24,000 bases of DNA. It comes from an uncultured delta proteobacterium. GTDB lineage: Bacteria; Desulfobacterota; Desulfobulbia; Desulfobulbales; Desulfobulbaceae. The first letter of the stretch is position 1. Each line of letters begins with the position of its first letter. The stretch is from positions 61,088 to 85,087 of the forward strand of contig CAVTDN010000001.1 of the NCBI GenBank assembly GCA_963733595.1, in the 5' to 3' direction. This document shows, in pieces, positions 1 through 10,022 of this stretch. The notes beneath the pieces were generated by a model, which worked only from the letters and a program-made list of their open reading frames with translations, searched no databases and was not told the origin of the DNA. The position numbers and the translations under genes are program-made.

Positions 1-2
1 CT

Positions 3-1916
3 GGATTCTCCACCGCCAAAGCATCCAACGAATTCTATCGCAAGAATCTCGCCGCCGGTCAGAAAGGTCTGTCCGTTGCCTTCAGCCTTTCCACCCATCG
101 CGGTTACGATTCCGACAACCCACGCGTTTCCGGTGACATTGGTAAAGCTGGTGTTGCCATTGACTCTATCGAGGATATGAAGATCCTCTTTGATGGTATC
201 CCTCTGGACAAAATGTCGGTTTCCATGACCATGAACGGTGCGGTTATCCCGATTCTGGCCATGTGGATCGGTGCGGCCGAAGAGCAGGGCGTCAAGCAGG
301 AGCAGTTGGACGGAACCATCCAGAACGACATCCTTAAAGAGTACCTGACCCGCAATACCTACATCTATCCGCCCGAGCCTTCCATGCGGATTGTCTCTGA
401 CATCATGGCATACGCTTCTAAAAATATGCCGAAATACAACACCATCAGCATCAGCGGCTACCACATCATGGAAGCTGGTGCCGATAGCGTCCTCCAGTGC
501 GCCTTTACCCTGGCTGACGGTGTGGAATATGTGCGCGCCGCTATCCGGTCGGGCATGGATGTTGATACCTTCGCACCTCGCCTGTCCTTCTTCTTCGGCG
601 TCGGCATGAATTTCTTCATGGAAATCGCCATGCTGCGTGCTGCTCGTTTCCTCTGGCACCGCTTGTTGCAGCAGTTCAATCCGAAGAACCCCAAATCCTT
701 GATGCTGCGGACCCATTGCCAGACCTCCGGTTGGAGTCTAACCGAGCAGGATCCGTACAACAACGTTATCCGTACCACCATTGAGGCCATGTCCGCAGTT
801 CTGGGCGGAACTCAATCCCTGCATACCAACGCCTTTGATGAGGCTGTTTGTCTGCCGACCGAGTTGTCTGCCCGTATCGCCAGAAACACCCAGATCATCA
901 TCCAGGAAGAATCTCAGATCTGCAAAGTCGCCGATCCATTGGGAGGTTCCTATTATGTTGAATACCTGACCGCTCAGATCATTGATGAAGCACAGAAAAT
1001 CATCGACGAGATCGAGGAAATCGGTGGTATGGCCAAAGCTATTGAGTCCGGCATGCCGAAAATGCGCATCGAGGAATCTGCAGCCCGTCGTCAGGCCCGT
1101 ATCGATCAGGGCAAAGATGTTATCGTTGGTGTCAACAAATATCGCCTCGCCGACGAAAAAATGGACTTCGATATTCTCGAAGTACCGGATTCCGTCCGCC
1201 TTGAGCAGATCGACCGTATCAACCATATCAAGAAAACCCGTGACACCGCTAAATGTCAGGCATGTCTCGAGGCAGTAACTAAAGCCGCCGCCGGTGATGG
1301 AAACCTTCTTGAAGTTGCCATCGCCGCTGCCAAGGCCAGAGCAACCGTAGGAGAGATTTCTGACGCCATGGAAAAAGTCTTTGGCCGCTATGTGGCAACC
1401 ACTCAATGTGTATCCGGCGCGTATTCTTCAGAGTATAGTGAAGCCAGCAGCGATGCTGCCCAGGTTATCGAAAGTCTGCGCAAACGGACCAGCGATTTCT
1501 TGGCCAAAACCGGACGTCGTCCGCGTATCCTCGTCACCAAGATGGGACAGGATGGTCATGACCGCGGCATCAAGGTTGTTGCCTCCTCTTATGCCGACCT
1601 CGGCTTTGACGTGGACATCAGCCCGATGTTCCAGACTCCGGAAGAGGCCGCTAAAATGGCCATCGAGAACGATGTTCATATCGTTGGTGCTTCCAGTCTC
1701 GCCGCCGGCCACAAGACGCTTGTTCCTGAACTCATTGGCAAACTGAAAGAGAAAGGCGCAGGCGAGATCATGGTCGTCGCCGGTGGTGTTATTCCGCCGA
1801 ACGATTATCAATTCCTCTATGACGCAGGCTGCAAAGGCATTTACGGTCCGGGAACCCCGATCACCGAATCTGCCGGCAAAGTCATGGATATGCTTGAGGC
1901 GCAGTACTGTAAGTAA
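3..1916 (+). CDS. Methylmalonyl-CoA mutase, large catalytic chain with fused C-terminal cobalamin-binding domain (5' end cut by window edge)
   Basis: Frame 3 is open from nt 3, upstream of the ORF-track Met at 177. It reads [81 protein letters not shown], the hallmark MCM barrel sequence. The C-terminal domain carries the B12 DxHxxG motif ([13 protein letters not shown]). A meaB gene lies immediately downstream. Confidence 0.95.
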   Translation, partial: GFSTAKASNEFYRKNLAAGQKGLSVAFSLSTHRGYDSDNPRVSGDIGKAGVAIDSIEDMKILFDGIPLDKMSVSMTMNGAVIPILAMWIGAAEEQGVKQEQLDGTIQNDILKEYLTRNTYIYPPEPSMRIVSDIMAYASKNMPKYNTISISGYHIMEAGADSVLQCAFTLADGVEYVRAAIRSGMDVDTFAPRLSFFFGVGMNFFMEIAMLRAARFLWHRLLQQFNPKNPKSLMLRTHCQTSGWSLTEQDPYNNVIRTTIEAMSAVLGGTQSLHTNAFDEAVCLPTELSARIARNTQIIIQEESQICKVADPLGGSYYVEYLTAQIIDEAQKIIDEIEEIGGMAKAIESGMPKMRIEESAARRQARIDQGKDVIVGVNKYRLADEKMDFDILEVPDSVRLEQIDRINHIKKTRDTAKCQACLEAVTKAAAGDGNLLEVAIAAAKARATVGEISDAMEKVFGRYVATTQCVSGAYSSEYSEASSDAAQVIESLRKRTSDFLAKTGRRPRILVTKMGQDGHDRGIKVVASSYADLGFDVDISPMFQTPEEAAKMAIENDVHIVGASSLAAGHKTLVPELIGKLKEKGAGEIMVVAGGVIPPNDYQFLYDAGCKGIYGPGTPITESAGKVMDMLEAQYCK

Positions 1917-1945
1917 GACGTAACTGTTCGGCATATTGGTAAGAC

Positions 1946-1979
1946 TGCAAACGGACGGGCGAAAATCCGTCCGTTTGCA
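1946..1979 (+). other. Perfect 13-bp stem-loop between the mutase and meaB (possible mRNA stabiliser or weak terminator)
   Basis: TGCAAACGGACGG (1946-1958), loop GCGAAAAT, CCGTCCGTTTGCA (1967-1979). No clear U-tract follows (tgttctc). Confidence 0.5.
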
Positions 1980-2014
1980 TGTTCTCATGACGAAACCTCC
2001 ACCACAGGTCAGAT

Positions 2015-3004
2015 ATGCATAAAGATCCCAGTTATTATATCCAAGGTGTCATGGATAATAATCGCCTGATGCTTGCTCGCACCATTACCTTGGTCGAGAG
2101 CATGCTTTCCTCGCATCAGGAAATTGCCAAACATGTCATCAATGAGTTGCTGCCCTACACGGGAAAGGCAGTCCGCCTGGGTATAACCGGTGTGCCGGGA
2201 GCCGGAAAGAGCACCTTTATTGAGAGTTTTGGTACCATGCTGACCAAACTGGGGCATCGCGTCGCTGTTTTGGCCATTGATCCAAGCAGTACCCGGAGTG
2301 GCGGTTCCATTCTGGGCGATAAAACCCGCATGGAAAAACTGGCGGTCAACGACATGGCTTTTATTCGCCCCTCGCCTTCCAGCGGCAGCCTTGGCGGCGT
2401 AGCGCGGAAAACCCGTGAAACCATGCTAGTGTGTGAAGCAGCCGGATTTGACGTCATTATTGTTGAAACCGTTGGTGTCGGACAATCGGAAACCACCGTT
2501 GCCTCCATGGTTGACTTCTTTCTTGTTTTGCAGATTTCCGGAGCCGGAGATGAACTCCAGGGCATCAAAAAAGGCGTGTTGGAAGTGGCCGATGCCATCG
2601 TGGTCAACAAAGCTGATGGTGACAATGTCAGCAGAGCAAAACTGGCCAAGCGTCAATATGAGACCGCATTGCACCTTGTCACCCCTTCTTCTCCCAATTG
2701 GTCGCCACCGGTCATGACCTGCAGCGCGCTCGAGCAAACAGGTCTCACCGACGTCTGGGATACGATCACCAGCCACAAAAAAATTATGACAGCGACCGGT
2801 GAGTTGGACGAAAAACGACAGAATCAGGCCATGTCCTGGATGTTTTTTTTGGTCAACGAAGGTCTTGAGCGCTGGTTTTATGATCACCCCGAAATTAAAA
2901 AGTTGCTGCCCGGCATCAAGAAAGATGTCGAAATCGGCAAGATGGCTCCCACCCGAGCTGCCGACGAACTGGTTACTATCCTTGGCAAGGGTCTGCTGCT
3001 GTAA
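2015..3004 (+). CDS. meaB: Methylmalonyl-CoA mutase-associated GTPase MeaB/ArgK
   Basis: 329 aa. P-loop GVPGAGKSTFIE, Walker B-like DVIIVETVGVGQSE and the NKAD guanine-specificity motif (VVNKADG) are present. Sits directly downstream of the mutase gene. Confidence 0.93.
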   Translation: MHKDPSYYIQGVMDNNRLMLARTITLVESMLSSHQEIAKHVINELLPYTGKAVRLGITGVPGAGKSTFIESFGTMLTKLGHRVAVLAIDPSSTRSGGSILGDKTRMEKLAVNDMAFIRPSPSSGSLGGVARKTRETMLVCEAAGFDVIIVETVGVGQSETTVASMVDFFLVLQISGAGDELQGIKKGVLEVADAIVVNKADGDNVSRAKLAKRQYETALHLVTPSSPNWSPPVMTCSALEQTGLTDVWDTITSHKKIMTATGELDEKRQNQAMSWMFFLVNEGLERWFYDHPEIKKLLPGIKKDVEIGKMAPTRAADELVTILGKGLLL

Positions 3005-3036
3005 GTCTGCATTTGCTTCTCACCCCTGCATATATC

Positions 3037-3080
3037 ACACCTTCCCGCTAATTTCGGTGCGGAAGGTGTTTTTGTTTGTA
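3037..3080 (+). terminator. Rho-independent terminator after meaB
   Basis: ACACCTTCC(c)GC ... GCGGAAGGTGT stem (3037-3069) followed by TTTTGTTTGTATTTTT. Confidence 0.8.
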
Positions 3081-3187
3081 TTTTTAGTTCATCCCTTTAA
3101 CCCTTGAGCTTTTCCTCGCCCCATTTTGCACACCGGAAAACAGTTTTATTCCTTGGGGCGGAACCCGCACTGGGCTCAGGAATTTTC

Positions 3188-3216
3188 TTGACGCTCACCG
3201 CGAGGAAGAGTATAAA
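3188..3216 (+). promoter_or_regulatory. Sigma70-like promoter candidate (TTGACG-N17-TATAAA)
   Basis: TTGACG at 3188-3193, an exact 17-nt spacer, then TATAAA at 3211-3216. It lies about 115 nt upstream of the predicted SRP RNA 5' end, so the transcript it drives is uncertain. Confidence 0.3.
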
Positions 3217-3330
3217 CGGCTCTCTGAAGAGAGGGTTGACTGGCAAGAATGCACTTCTTGGCAATGGCATGACACTCCAGGCGACCGCCTGCCGAAACCT
3301 GCCTCTTCGAACATCCGAATGATCATCAGT

Positions 3331-3435
3331 GTGATAGCCGGGTCCTGTGCAATAGAGAATCACAAACCCCGTCAGGTCCGGAAGGAAGCAGCGGTCGTGA
3401 CACTCTTTATGTGTGCAGGGGTGCCCGGCTATCCT
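3331..3435 (+). ncRNA. ffs: Signal recognition particle RNA, small (4.5S) type
   Basis: Contains the invariant domain IV core GTCAGGTCCGGAAGGAAGCAGC (3371-3392). The 5' GATAGCCGGG (3333-3342) pairs with the 3' CCCGGCTATC (3424-3433), and AGAGaaTCAC pairs with GTGAcaCTCT internally, giving one long hairpin. A T7 run follows at 3435-3441. Position immediately upstream of dnaX matches the conserved synteny. End coordinates are accurate to about 5 nt. Confidence 0.9.
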
Positions 3436-3521
3436 TTTTTTCAGAGATGCATCTGCTGATTTTTGTGCCATACAGTCGCAGCATCTCCCATTCTTCTGAT
3501 CAGTGACCGCCGGTACCCGTT

Positions 3522-5474
3522 TTGTCCTACCTCGTTCTCGCCAGAAAATCCCGCCCCCAGAACTTTGCCGATGTTGTCGGTCAAAAGCCGGTGGTTCGTA
3601 CCCTGCAAAACGCCCTTTCTCAGAACCGCGTCCCCCATGCCCTTATTTTTAGCGGCGTCCGCGGCACCGGAAAAACCACCTTGGCCCGGATCATGGCCAA
3701 AGCGCTGAACTGCGAACAGGGACCGGCTGCCGAACCCTGCAACGCCTGCCGATCCTGCCGGGAAATCACCGACGGGGCCAGCATAGATCTCCAGGAAGTT
3801 GACGGCGCCTCCAATCGCGGCATCCAGGAAATTCGCGAGCTGAAAGAAAAAATCCGCTTCATGCCCACCAGCTCACGCTTCAAGATTATCATCATTGATG
3901 AAGTGCACATGCTGACCACCGAGGCCTTCAATGCTTTGTTGAAGACCCTTGAGGAACCGCCCAACCATGTGTATTTCATGTTCGCCACCACCGAACTGCA
4001 CAAGGTCCCGATCACCATACTCTCCCGCTGCCAACGCTACGAACTCAAACGACTCGGACGCCAGGAACTGACCGATCATTTCAATCGGTTGGCAAAGAAG
4101 GAAGGCGTACAGATGGAGTCTGAAGCGGTGGAAATGATCGTCCGCGAGGCTGGCGGCAGCGTGCGCGACGGACTCAGTCTCCTGGATCAGATATTCTCCT
4201 ATTGCGGTCAGATGGTTCAAACCGCCGATGTGATCGAGGTTCTCGGACTGGTCAACCACCAGTTGGTCGCCAATTTGGGAGCGGCTTTGCTGAGCGGCGA
4301 TCTCGCAACTGTCTACACCCTGCTCGACGAAATATATCTGCACGGTGCCGACATCAAACGTTTCAGCAACGATCTGCTGAGTTGGTTCCGGGCCCTTGTC
4401 GTCTGCAAGGTCAGTCAAAAGCCAGGCCAATTTCTCGAGGTGACCGAGGATGAGCTGGCCTTGCTGGTGAAAACCGCAGGCTCCTATTCCCTGGAAACCC
4501 TGTCGGCGATCTTCAACCTCCTCCTCGATGGGTTGGAAAAGGCTTCTTTTTCTCAGCAACCGCGCCTCGCACTTGAATTGGCTTTTATCCGCGCTGTGCA
4601 GTTCCGCGATGTCGTTCCGGTTTCAGAGCTGATCGCCCGCTTTGACCGCATGCTTACCGGAACGCCCATCGATACTTTACCTTTAGCCGTAAATCTATCT
4701 CACGCGCCGCCGCAAGCGCCTAGTGTTCCTGGAACGCAGCCCGTAACCCTGCCCCTTGCGGCACAAACCATACCTGAACCAGCGCCTGCTGCCGCAACCA
4801 AGATCGAGTCACAACCTCTGCCGGAACCTGTGGCAGATCCGACGCCTGCCGAGCAAACAGTGATTACTCCGGAGTTGACAGCTTGTGCACCGCAAGCTCA
4901 CACTGAACCGAAACCGGTCCAATCGCCACAACAGACCCAATCAACCCCCGAGTCACCTCTGCTGACAACATCACCGGCAGAGGACAAGCCCCCTGCCCAG
5001 ACACCCACCCCTCCTGGTGACGGGAAAAAGCGTATTCGCCAAAACTGGGATGCCTTTCTCAAGTACGTGCGAGAGCGACAGCCCTGGGTCGCAGCCTCTC
5101 TCCAGATGGCAACTTCGGTGGAGCGTAAAGGTGAGGAGCTGATCATCCATTTTACCGACAGCGCCGACTGCACCCTGCTCAAACAAAGGAATACCATCAA
5201 TTCTCTGGCTGAGTTTGTCCTAGATTTTTTCCAGGAAAATCTGCGCATCCAATTTGAGGTCCCCGGATCCAGTGCCTGTGCCCTCGATCCAGCCAACGGA
5301 TCGGCACCACTCCAAGAACGGCGGGCTTTGACCAATGATCCGCTGGTGCTGACAGCACTGGATATTTTTACCGGCCAAGTCGGCGAAATCCGTATCGGTT
5401 CGCGTTACCGCGCCAGTACCCCAACTCCGGTCGAGCCATCCCGGCAAGAAGAACAGACCGCAACCGAAGAGTAG
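3522..5474 (+). CDS. dnaX: DNA polymerase III subunits gamma/tau
   Basis: 650 aa with a TTG start. N-terminus MSYLVLARKSRPQNFADVVGQ, Walker A GVRGTGKTT, Walker B IIIIDEVHML, and a Zn module CEQGPAAEPCNACRSC. A Pro/Gln/Thr-rich linker spans about 4690-5020 and a C-terminal tau-like region follows. Confidence 0.95.
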   Translation: MSYLVLARKSRPQNFADVVGQKPVVRTLQNALSQNRVPHALIFSGVRGTGKTTLARIMAKALNCEQGPAAEPCNACRSCREITDGASIDLQEVDGASNRGIQEIRELKEKIRFMPTSSRFKIIIIDEVHMLTTEAFNALLKTLEEPPNHVYFMFATTELHKVPITILSRCQRYELKRLGRQELTDHFNRLAKKEGVQMESEAVEMIVREAGGSVRDGLSLLDQIFSYCGQMVQTADVIEVLGLVNHQLVANLGAALLSGDLATVYTLLDEIYLHGADIKRFSNDLLSWFRALVVCKVSQKPGQFLEVTEDELALLVKTAGSYSLETLSAIFNLLLDGLEKASFSQQPRLALELAFIRAVQFRDVVPVSELIARFDRMLTGTPIDTLPLAVNLSHAPPQAPSVPGTQPVTLPLAAQTIPEPAPAAATKIESQPLPEPVADPTPAEQTVITPELTACAPQAHTEPKPVQSPQQTQSTPESPLLTTSPAEDKPPAQTPTPPGDGKKRIRQNWDAFLKYVRERQPWVAASLQMATSVERKGEELIIHFTDSADCTLLKQRNTINSLAEFVLDFFQENLRIQFEVPGSSACALDPANGSAPLQERRALTNDPLVLTALDIFTGQVGEIRIGSRYRASTPTPVEPSRQEEQTATEE

Positions 5475-5539
5475 TTTCAGTCTCTCCCGACTCCGCCGCA
5501 AGCGGACAGCATGCAACAATCTTTTCGAGGTATACCCCT

Positions 5540-5848
5540 ATGAATATGAGCGATTTGATGAAACAGGCACAACAGTTCCAGGAAAAACTGGCCACTGTGC
5601 AAAACGACCTGGGTAACAGAAAGGTCACCGGATCGGCCGGCGCCGGCATGGTCACCGCTACTCTCAACGGCAAAGGCGAACTACTCGATCTCACCATCGA
5701 GCCAGCAATGGTCCAGCCGGAAAACACCCAGATGCTCCAAGATCTCGTCGTCGCTGCCATCAACGATGGTCTGACCAAGGCCAAAGAACTGGGTAAATCT
5801 GAAATGGTCAACATCACCGGTGGCCTCAACATACCTGGTCTTCTCTAG
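5540..5848 (+). CDS. ybaB: Nucleoid-associated protein YbaB/EbfC family
   Basis: 102 aa. MNMSDLMKQAQQFQEKLATVQNDL...GSAGAGMVTATLNGKGELLDLTIEP is typical of YbaB. GAGG ribosome-binding site 9 nt upstream. Located between dnaX and recR. Confidence 0.92.
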   Translation: MNMSDLMKQAQQFQEKLATVQNDLGNRKVTGSAGAGMVTATLNGKGELLDLTIEPAMVQPENTQMLQDLVVAAINDGLTKAKELGKSEMVNITGGLNIPGLL

Positions 5849-6460
5849 ATGCAGGTCATCCCACCGGCCCTGGAGCGGCTCATCGCCGACCTGACCAGAT
5901 TGCCCGGTATCGGTCGCAGAACTGCCACCCGGCTCGCTCTCTACATACTACGCCGCCCTGCCGCTGAGGCCAGAAACCTGGCCAGCGATCTGTTGGTGCT
6001 GCATGAGACCATCCATCTCTGCCATCAATGTTTCACCTTTTCCGAAACCAATCCCTGCATCATCTGCGGTAATCCCAACCGTAATCCCCGCTTGGTCTGC
6101 GTCGTGGAAGAACCGGGCGACCAGATTGCCATTGAAAAGACCGGAGCCTTTCGCGGCATCTACCATATCCTGCATGGGGTGATTGCACCGATGGACGGCA
6201 TTGGTCCCGACGAATTGAAAATTCGTGAACTGTGGCAGCGGATCGCCTCCGGCAGCATCGACGAGGTGCTGATCGCCACCAGCTCCACGGTCCCAGGTGA
6301 AGCCACCGCCTCCTACCTTGCTGAAATGCTCAGAAAGGCAAATATCCGCCTCAGCCGTCTGGCCTGCGGTATTCCCATGGGCATGGACATCAAGTACGCC
6401 GACGAACACACCCTGGCCAAAGCTATCGCATCCCGTCAGACACTGAACGATCCGGCCTGA
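5849..6460 (+). CDS. recR: Recombination protein RecR
   Basis: 203 aa. N-terminal helix-hairpin-helix (LPGIGRRTATRLA), C4 zinc finger CHQCFTFSETNPCIICGNP, and Toprim region (VCVVEEPGD). The ATG abuts the ybaB stop codon. Confidence 0.95.
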   Translation: MQVIPPALERLIADLTRLPGIGRRTATRLALYILRRPAAEARNLASDLLVLHETIHLCHQCFTFSETNPCIICGNPNRNPRLVCVVEEPGDQIAIEKTGAFRGIYHILHGVIAPMDGIGPDELKIRELWQRIASGSIDEVLIATSSTVPGEATASYLAEMLRKANIRLSRLACGIPMGMDIKYADEHTLAKAIASRQTLNDPA

Positions 6461-6855
6461 GCAGATCCGGCAGTCCTCTTACTGCTGCCGGCCAGTCTGC
6501 TGTTGCTCATAATGCCCGCCCGCCGCATCAGCCGTTCCCCCCGGCGGCCACCCTATCTTTTCTCGATTTGAATTGAGTCCTGCCGCCAATAATTCCAACC
6601 TATGACAAACCATCCCTCCGTTCAGAGCCAAGCAGCCTTGTACGCCCTGGCAACTTGACCTTGATTCAAACCCACATATTGCTCCGCTGACAACAACAGG
6701 AAACCGTTAGCGGCCTTGTCATTACCTCCCTATAGCGATGCTATTCCCGATTTCGTCTTCCTTTCCTTCCTGCCGTCGATTGTGCGAATTCTGGCCGAAT
6801 ACACAGGGCGTCCATATCCGACAGTCCCCAGGATTCCGGCATTATATTGAAAATG

Positions 6856-6884
6856 TTGACGTTTTCTTTCTTATTGCGTACATT
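6856..6884 (+). promoter_or_regulatory. Sigma70-like promoter candidate (TTGACG-N17-TACATT) upstream of the macro-domain gene
   Basis: TTGACG at 6856-6861, a 17-nt spacer, then TACATT at 6879-6884. A second candidate, an extended -10 TGcTACAAT, ends at 6983. Pattern match only. Confidence 0.3.
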
Positions 6885-7082
6885 TTTTCGGCAACCTTTT
6901 TCTCACTTTAATAACCTCTTCCGAATAGAGAAAATTTCTGGCCCACATTTTCGCCTACCGCTCTTGGGTTCGTATGCTACAATACCATGTACAATTGCCG
7001 CTTCCGCAGCGGCCCTTCCGCATCCAAAACGCCATGTGTCCGTAGCCGATGTTGCCCGAACCCAGCATATAAGGAGATCACG

Positions 7083-7592
7083 ATGATCAATCTGGTTGAA
7101 ACCGATATCACCACCCTGAAAGTCGATGCCATTGTCAACGCCGCCAACGAAACTCTGCTCGGCGGCGGCGGGGTCGACGGTGCCATTCACCGGGCAGCCG
7201 GCCCCCAACTCCTGGAAGCGTGCCGCACCATCGGCGGCTGCAAAACCGGTCAGGCTGTACTCACCAAAGGATATAATCTGCCGGCCAAATTTGTAATCCA
7301 CACTGTCGGCCCGATCTGGCAGGGCGGCAACAGTAACGAGCCGGCCCATTTGGCGAGCTGTTACCGTAACTGCTTGGAACTGGCCGTAAAAAACAACATC
7401 CAGTCCATTGCCTTTCCGGCAATCAGTTGTGGCGCCTTCGGTTTTCCCCTGGATGAGGCCGCCGATATTGCGGTCGATACCATCCAGTCCTTTATCGACC
7501 GCAACGGTAAGCCCAAGGAAGTGTACGTTGTCTGCTTTCAACCCCGGGCCAAATTCGCTTACTCTCAGGCGATTCGTGGATTGGAAGAGTAA
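7083..7592 (+). CDS. Macro-domain protein (O-acetyl-ADP-ribose deacetylase, YmdB-like)
   Basis: 169 aa counted from the ATG at 7083, which has an AAGGAG site 6 nt upstream. The ORF-track start at 6987 is rejected. Motifs: [33 protein letters not shown] and [13 protein letters not shown]. Confidence 0.9.
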   Translation: MINLVETDITTLKVDAIVNAANETLLGGGGVDGAIHRAAGPQLLEACRTIGGCKTGQAVLTKGYNLPAKFVIHTVGPIWQGGNSNEPAHLASCYRNCLELAVKNNIQSIAFPAISCGAFGFPLDEAADIAVDTIQSFIDRNGKPKEVYVVCFQPRAKFAYSQAIRGLEE

Positions 7593-7774
7593 ACTGCCGC
7601 ACTGCTGAACCAAGAGTATGGCAATGGCGCCACCCATAATTTTCAGCATCAGCTTGAGAATATGCGGCCATCATTGATGGTGAGCAGTTATTCAGTATTG
7701 AATCGACAACAACGTTGGCGTAGCGCCGATCTCGTTGCCTGAAGAAAAGAAAATAGACGCTGATTATTTTAACG

Positions 7775-8209
7775 ATGCTTAGTTCACCCCCCATCAGCGA
7801 TCTATTTACTTACGGCTCGCTGATGTGCGCGGATATTATGGCCGAAGTGTCCGGCGCACGATTGGGTTGCACCCCGGCGGAATTGGCTGGCTACTGCAGA
7901 TTTCTTGTTAAGAATGAGCAATATCCAGGCGTGGTGCCAACTCAAAATGGAAGAGTAGCAGGGGTTGTCTACCACGACATCAGTCATGATGGCTGGTCAC
8001 GTCTTGACCGCTTTGAGGGCGAAATGTACGACCGGATTCCGGTGACCGTGCGATATGAGAACAACATCGAGGCCCGGGTCTACTGCTATGTTTTCCGACC
8101 AGAATTCCACCATCGGCTGACCGCAACCGAATGGGATTACACTGCCTTTCTCCGGAACGGGAAAGCACTCTTTCAGAATCAATATTGCGGTTTCAAGGCG
8201 ATAGACTGA
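7775..8209 (+). CDS. Gamma-glutamylcyclotransferase-like (AIG2/GGACT family) protein
   Basis: 144 aa. Has the N-terminal YGSLM motif (LFTYGSLMCADIM) and a FEGEMYDR segment carrying the conserved Glu. Size is typical of the family. Confidence 0.75.
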   Translation: MLSSPPISDLFTYGSLMCADIMAEVSGARLGCTPAELAGYCRFLVKNEQYPGVVPTQNGRVAGVVYHDISHDGWSRLDRFEGEMYDRIPVTVRYENNIEARVYCYVFRPEFHHRLTATEWDYTAFLRNGKALFQNQYCGFKAID

Positions 8210-8275
8210 CACCTCCCCTTCAAGAATGGGGACGAAATGGGGTCGCGACACCCTTTACCCAGGCAAGGAGTTGCC

Positions 8276-9973
8276 ATGCGCATAGGAATCGATATTGGCG
8301 GCACCCACACCGACGGCGTCCTCATTGACGGATCCCGACTGGTTGCCGCCGCCAAGGTCACCACCAATCACGAAAATCTGCTGGAATCAATCAGCCAGGT
8401 GCTGCATGCGGTTCTCGTCGACCAGGATCCGGTCCGGGTGCAAACCCTCAACCTCAGCACCACCCTGACAACGAATGCCATCGTCACCGGCCGAATCGAC
8501 CAGGTGGGCATGCTGGTGATCGGCGGCCCTGGAATCGCGCCGAAAAACTATCGGGTCGGCGACCATTTTCACCTCATCTACGGTAGCCTTGATCATCTCG
8601 GTACCGAAACGTCTGCCCTGGACGAGCAAGACTTGGAAGAGGCCATAGCCGCCTGCTGCGACCCAAGGGGTGAAGTGTTTCGGTGTGGCCGCCAAATTCT
8701 CGCCGCGCAACCCGGCCCATGAAAATCGGATGCTCGAGGCCTTGGGCGAACAGGCCGATTTTGTTTCCTGCGGGCACCTGATTTCTGGACAGCTCAACTT
8801 CGGTCGCCGCATCCATACCGTCTATTACAATTCCGCGGTGTGGCGGACCTTCCGCAATTTTGCCGGAGCGCTGACCGCCAGCCTCAGAGGCTTTGACCTC
8901 CAGGCGGAGGTCAACATCCTCAAAGCGGACGGCGGCACCATGCCGCTTTCACGAGCCCTGGACGCACCGGTGCAGTCGATCTTTTCCGGCCCCGCCGCCT
9001 CGGTTATGGGCATTCTCGCCACCTGTCCAACGAATGACGATATGCTGATGCTTGACATCGGCGGCACCACCTCGGACATCGCCCTCTTTGCCGCCGGCGA
9101 GCCACTCCTGGAACGCGAAGGCATTGCCATCGAAGGCCGCCCTACCCTGGTACGAGCCATCCACGTTGCATCCATCGGTATCGGCGGCGACTCGCTGATT
9201 CATGTTGATGGCACGGTTGTCAAAACAGGCCCGCATCGGCTTGGCCCCTGCATGGCCACCGGCGGGCCGGCACCCAGCCTGATGGATGCGCTCAATGTCC
9301 TGGGATTAGCGGAATTCGGTGCAGTAGAGCGGTCCAGGGAGGGCATGGCTGCGTTGGCCGCAAAGCATCAGCTGGAGGCCGATCAACTGGCCCGGAAGGC
9401 GGTGGATGCCGCGGTCCACGCCATTGCCGAAAAAATCGACGCACTGATCCGGATGGTCAATGCAAAACCGGTCTACACTATCCATGAAATTCTTGAGGAT
9501 CGGGAAATAACCCCGAAAAAGCTGATTATTATCGGTGGTCCCGCAGCCGTGTTCAAGGAATTGCTCGCCGCCCGCCTGGACCTGGAGGTCACCGTTCCCC
9601 CCCTGCACGGCGTGGCCAACGCCATTGGTGCGGCCCTGACCCGGACCACCAGCCACCTCGCCCTGACCGCAAACACTGCTCGCGGCGCAAGCTCTCGGTG
9701 CCGATGCTCGGCATCTTCCGTACAATCCCGAGAGGCTACGGCCTGCAGGATGCCATTGACGAGGCCAAAAAACTGCTTAAATCCGACCTGGAACAGGCAG
9801 GGGTGACCATCGGTATCGACGATATCCAGATCACCCAGTCCGACTCCTTCAACATGGTGGAAGGATCCTACACCAGTGGTAAGAATATCCGGGTCGTGGC
9901 CCAGGTTCGGCCGGCGGTTGTCTCCCGGCTTGCTGTAGGCGGTGCTGAAGTACCCGTTGCCGTCAGATGCTGA
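8276..9973 (+). pseudogene. Hydantoinase/oxoprolinase-family (Hydantoinase_A-like) gene interrupted by two frame changes
   Basis: AAGGAG then ATG at 8276, reading MRIGIDIGGTHTDGVLIDG (ASKHA-fold phosphate-1 motif) in frame 2. The reading moves to frame 3 near the G-run at 8666-8672 (...DPRG / VKCFGVAAKFSPRNPAHENRMLE...DIGGTTSDIALF...VANAIGAAL). It returns to frame 2 near 9684-9688 (...LTANTARG / RKLSVPMLGIFRTIPRGYG...). The three ORF-track pieces are 8237-8722, 8670-9806 and 9698-9973. Confidence 0.8.
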
Positions 9974-10022
9974 CAACCCGTCGCACTCTCTTCGATTCAA
10001 TATCAGACCCTCAGGTCATATT

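Noticed and set aside
738-1988. Long - strand ORFs (738-1406, 1428-1988) and several + strand out-of-frame ORFs inside the mutase gene
   Set aside because: These are shadow ORFs of a high-confidence, motif-rich mutase CDS. GC-rich coding regions commonly keep alternative frames open.
3097-3471. 124-aa - strand ORF and 72-aa + strand ORF (3104-3322)
   Set aside because: The - strand ORF overlaps the SRP RNA gene in antisense. Neither has a ribosome-binding site or a recognisable sequence, and the region is better explained as ffs plus its flanks.
3835-5035. Search for a dnaX programmed -1 frameshift site (A AAA AAG type) that would yield a short gamma subunit
   Set aside because: The only A-runs (GAAAAAATC near 3846 and GGGAAAAAG near 5021) are not proper X XXY YYZ heptamers at a sensible position after domain III. 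There is no support for E. coli-style frameshifting here.
6903-7649. 248-aa ORF on the - strand
   Set aside because: It is entirely antisense to the well-supported macro-domain gene and its upstream region. The composition is a Gly/Ala/Arg-rich shadow-frame type with no recognisable motifs.
8237-8275. Upstream starts offered by the ORF track for the hydantoinase-like (8237), macro (6987), HDAC-like (9942) and DsrE-like (18494) genes
   Set aside because: In each case an internal ATG with a good Shine-Dalgarno site coincides with the start of the family-typical sequence or signal peptide. The longer versions overlap neighbouring genes or non-coding-like sequence.
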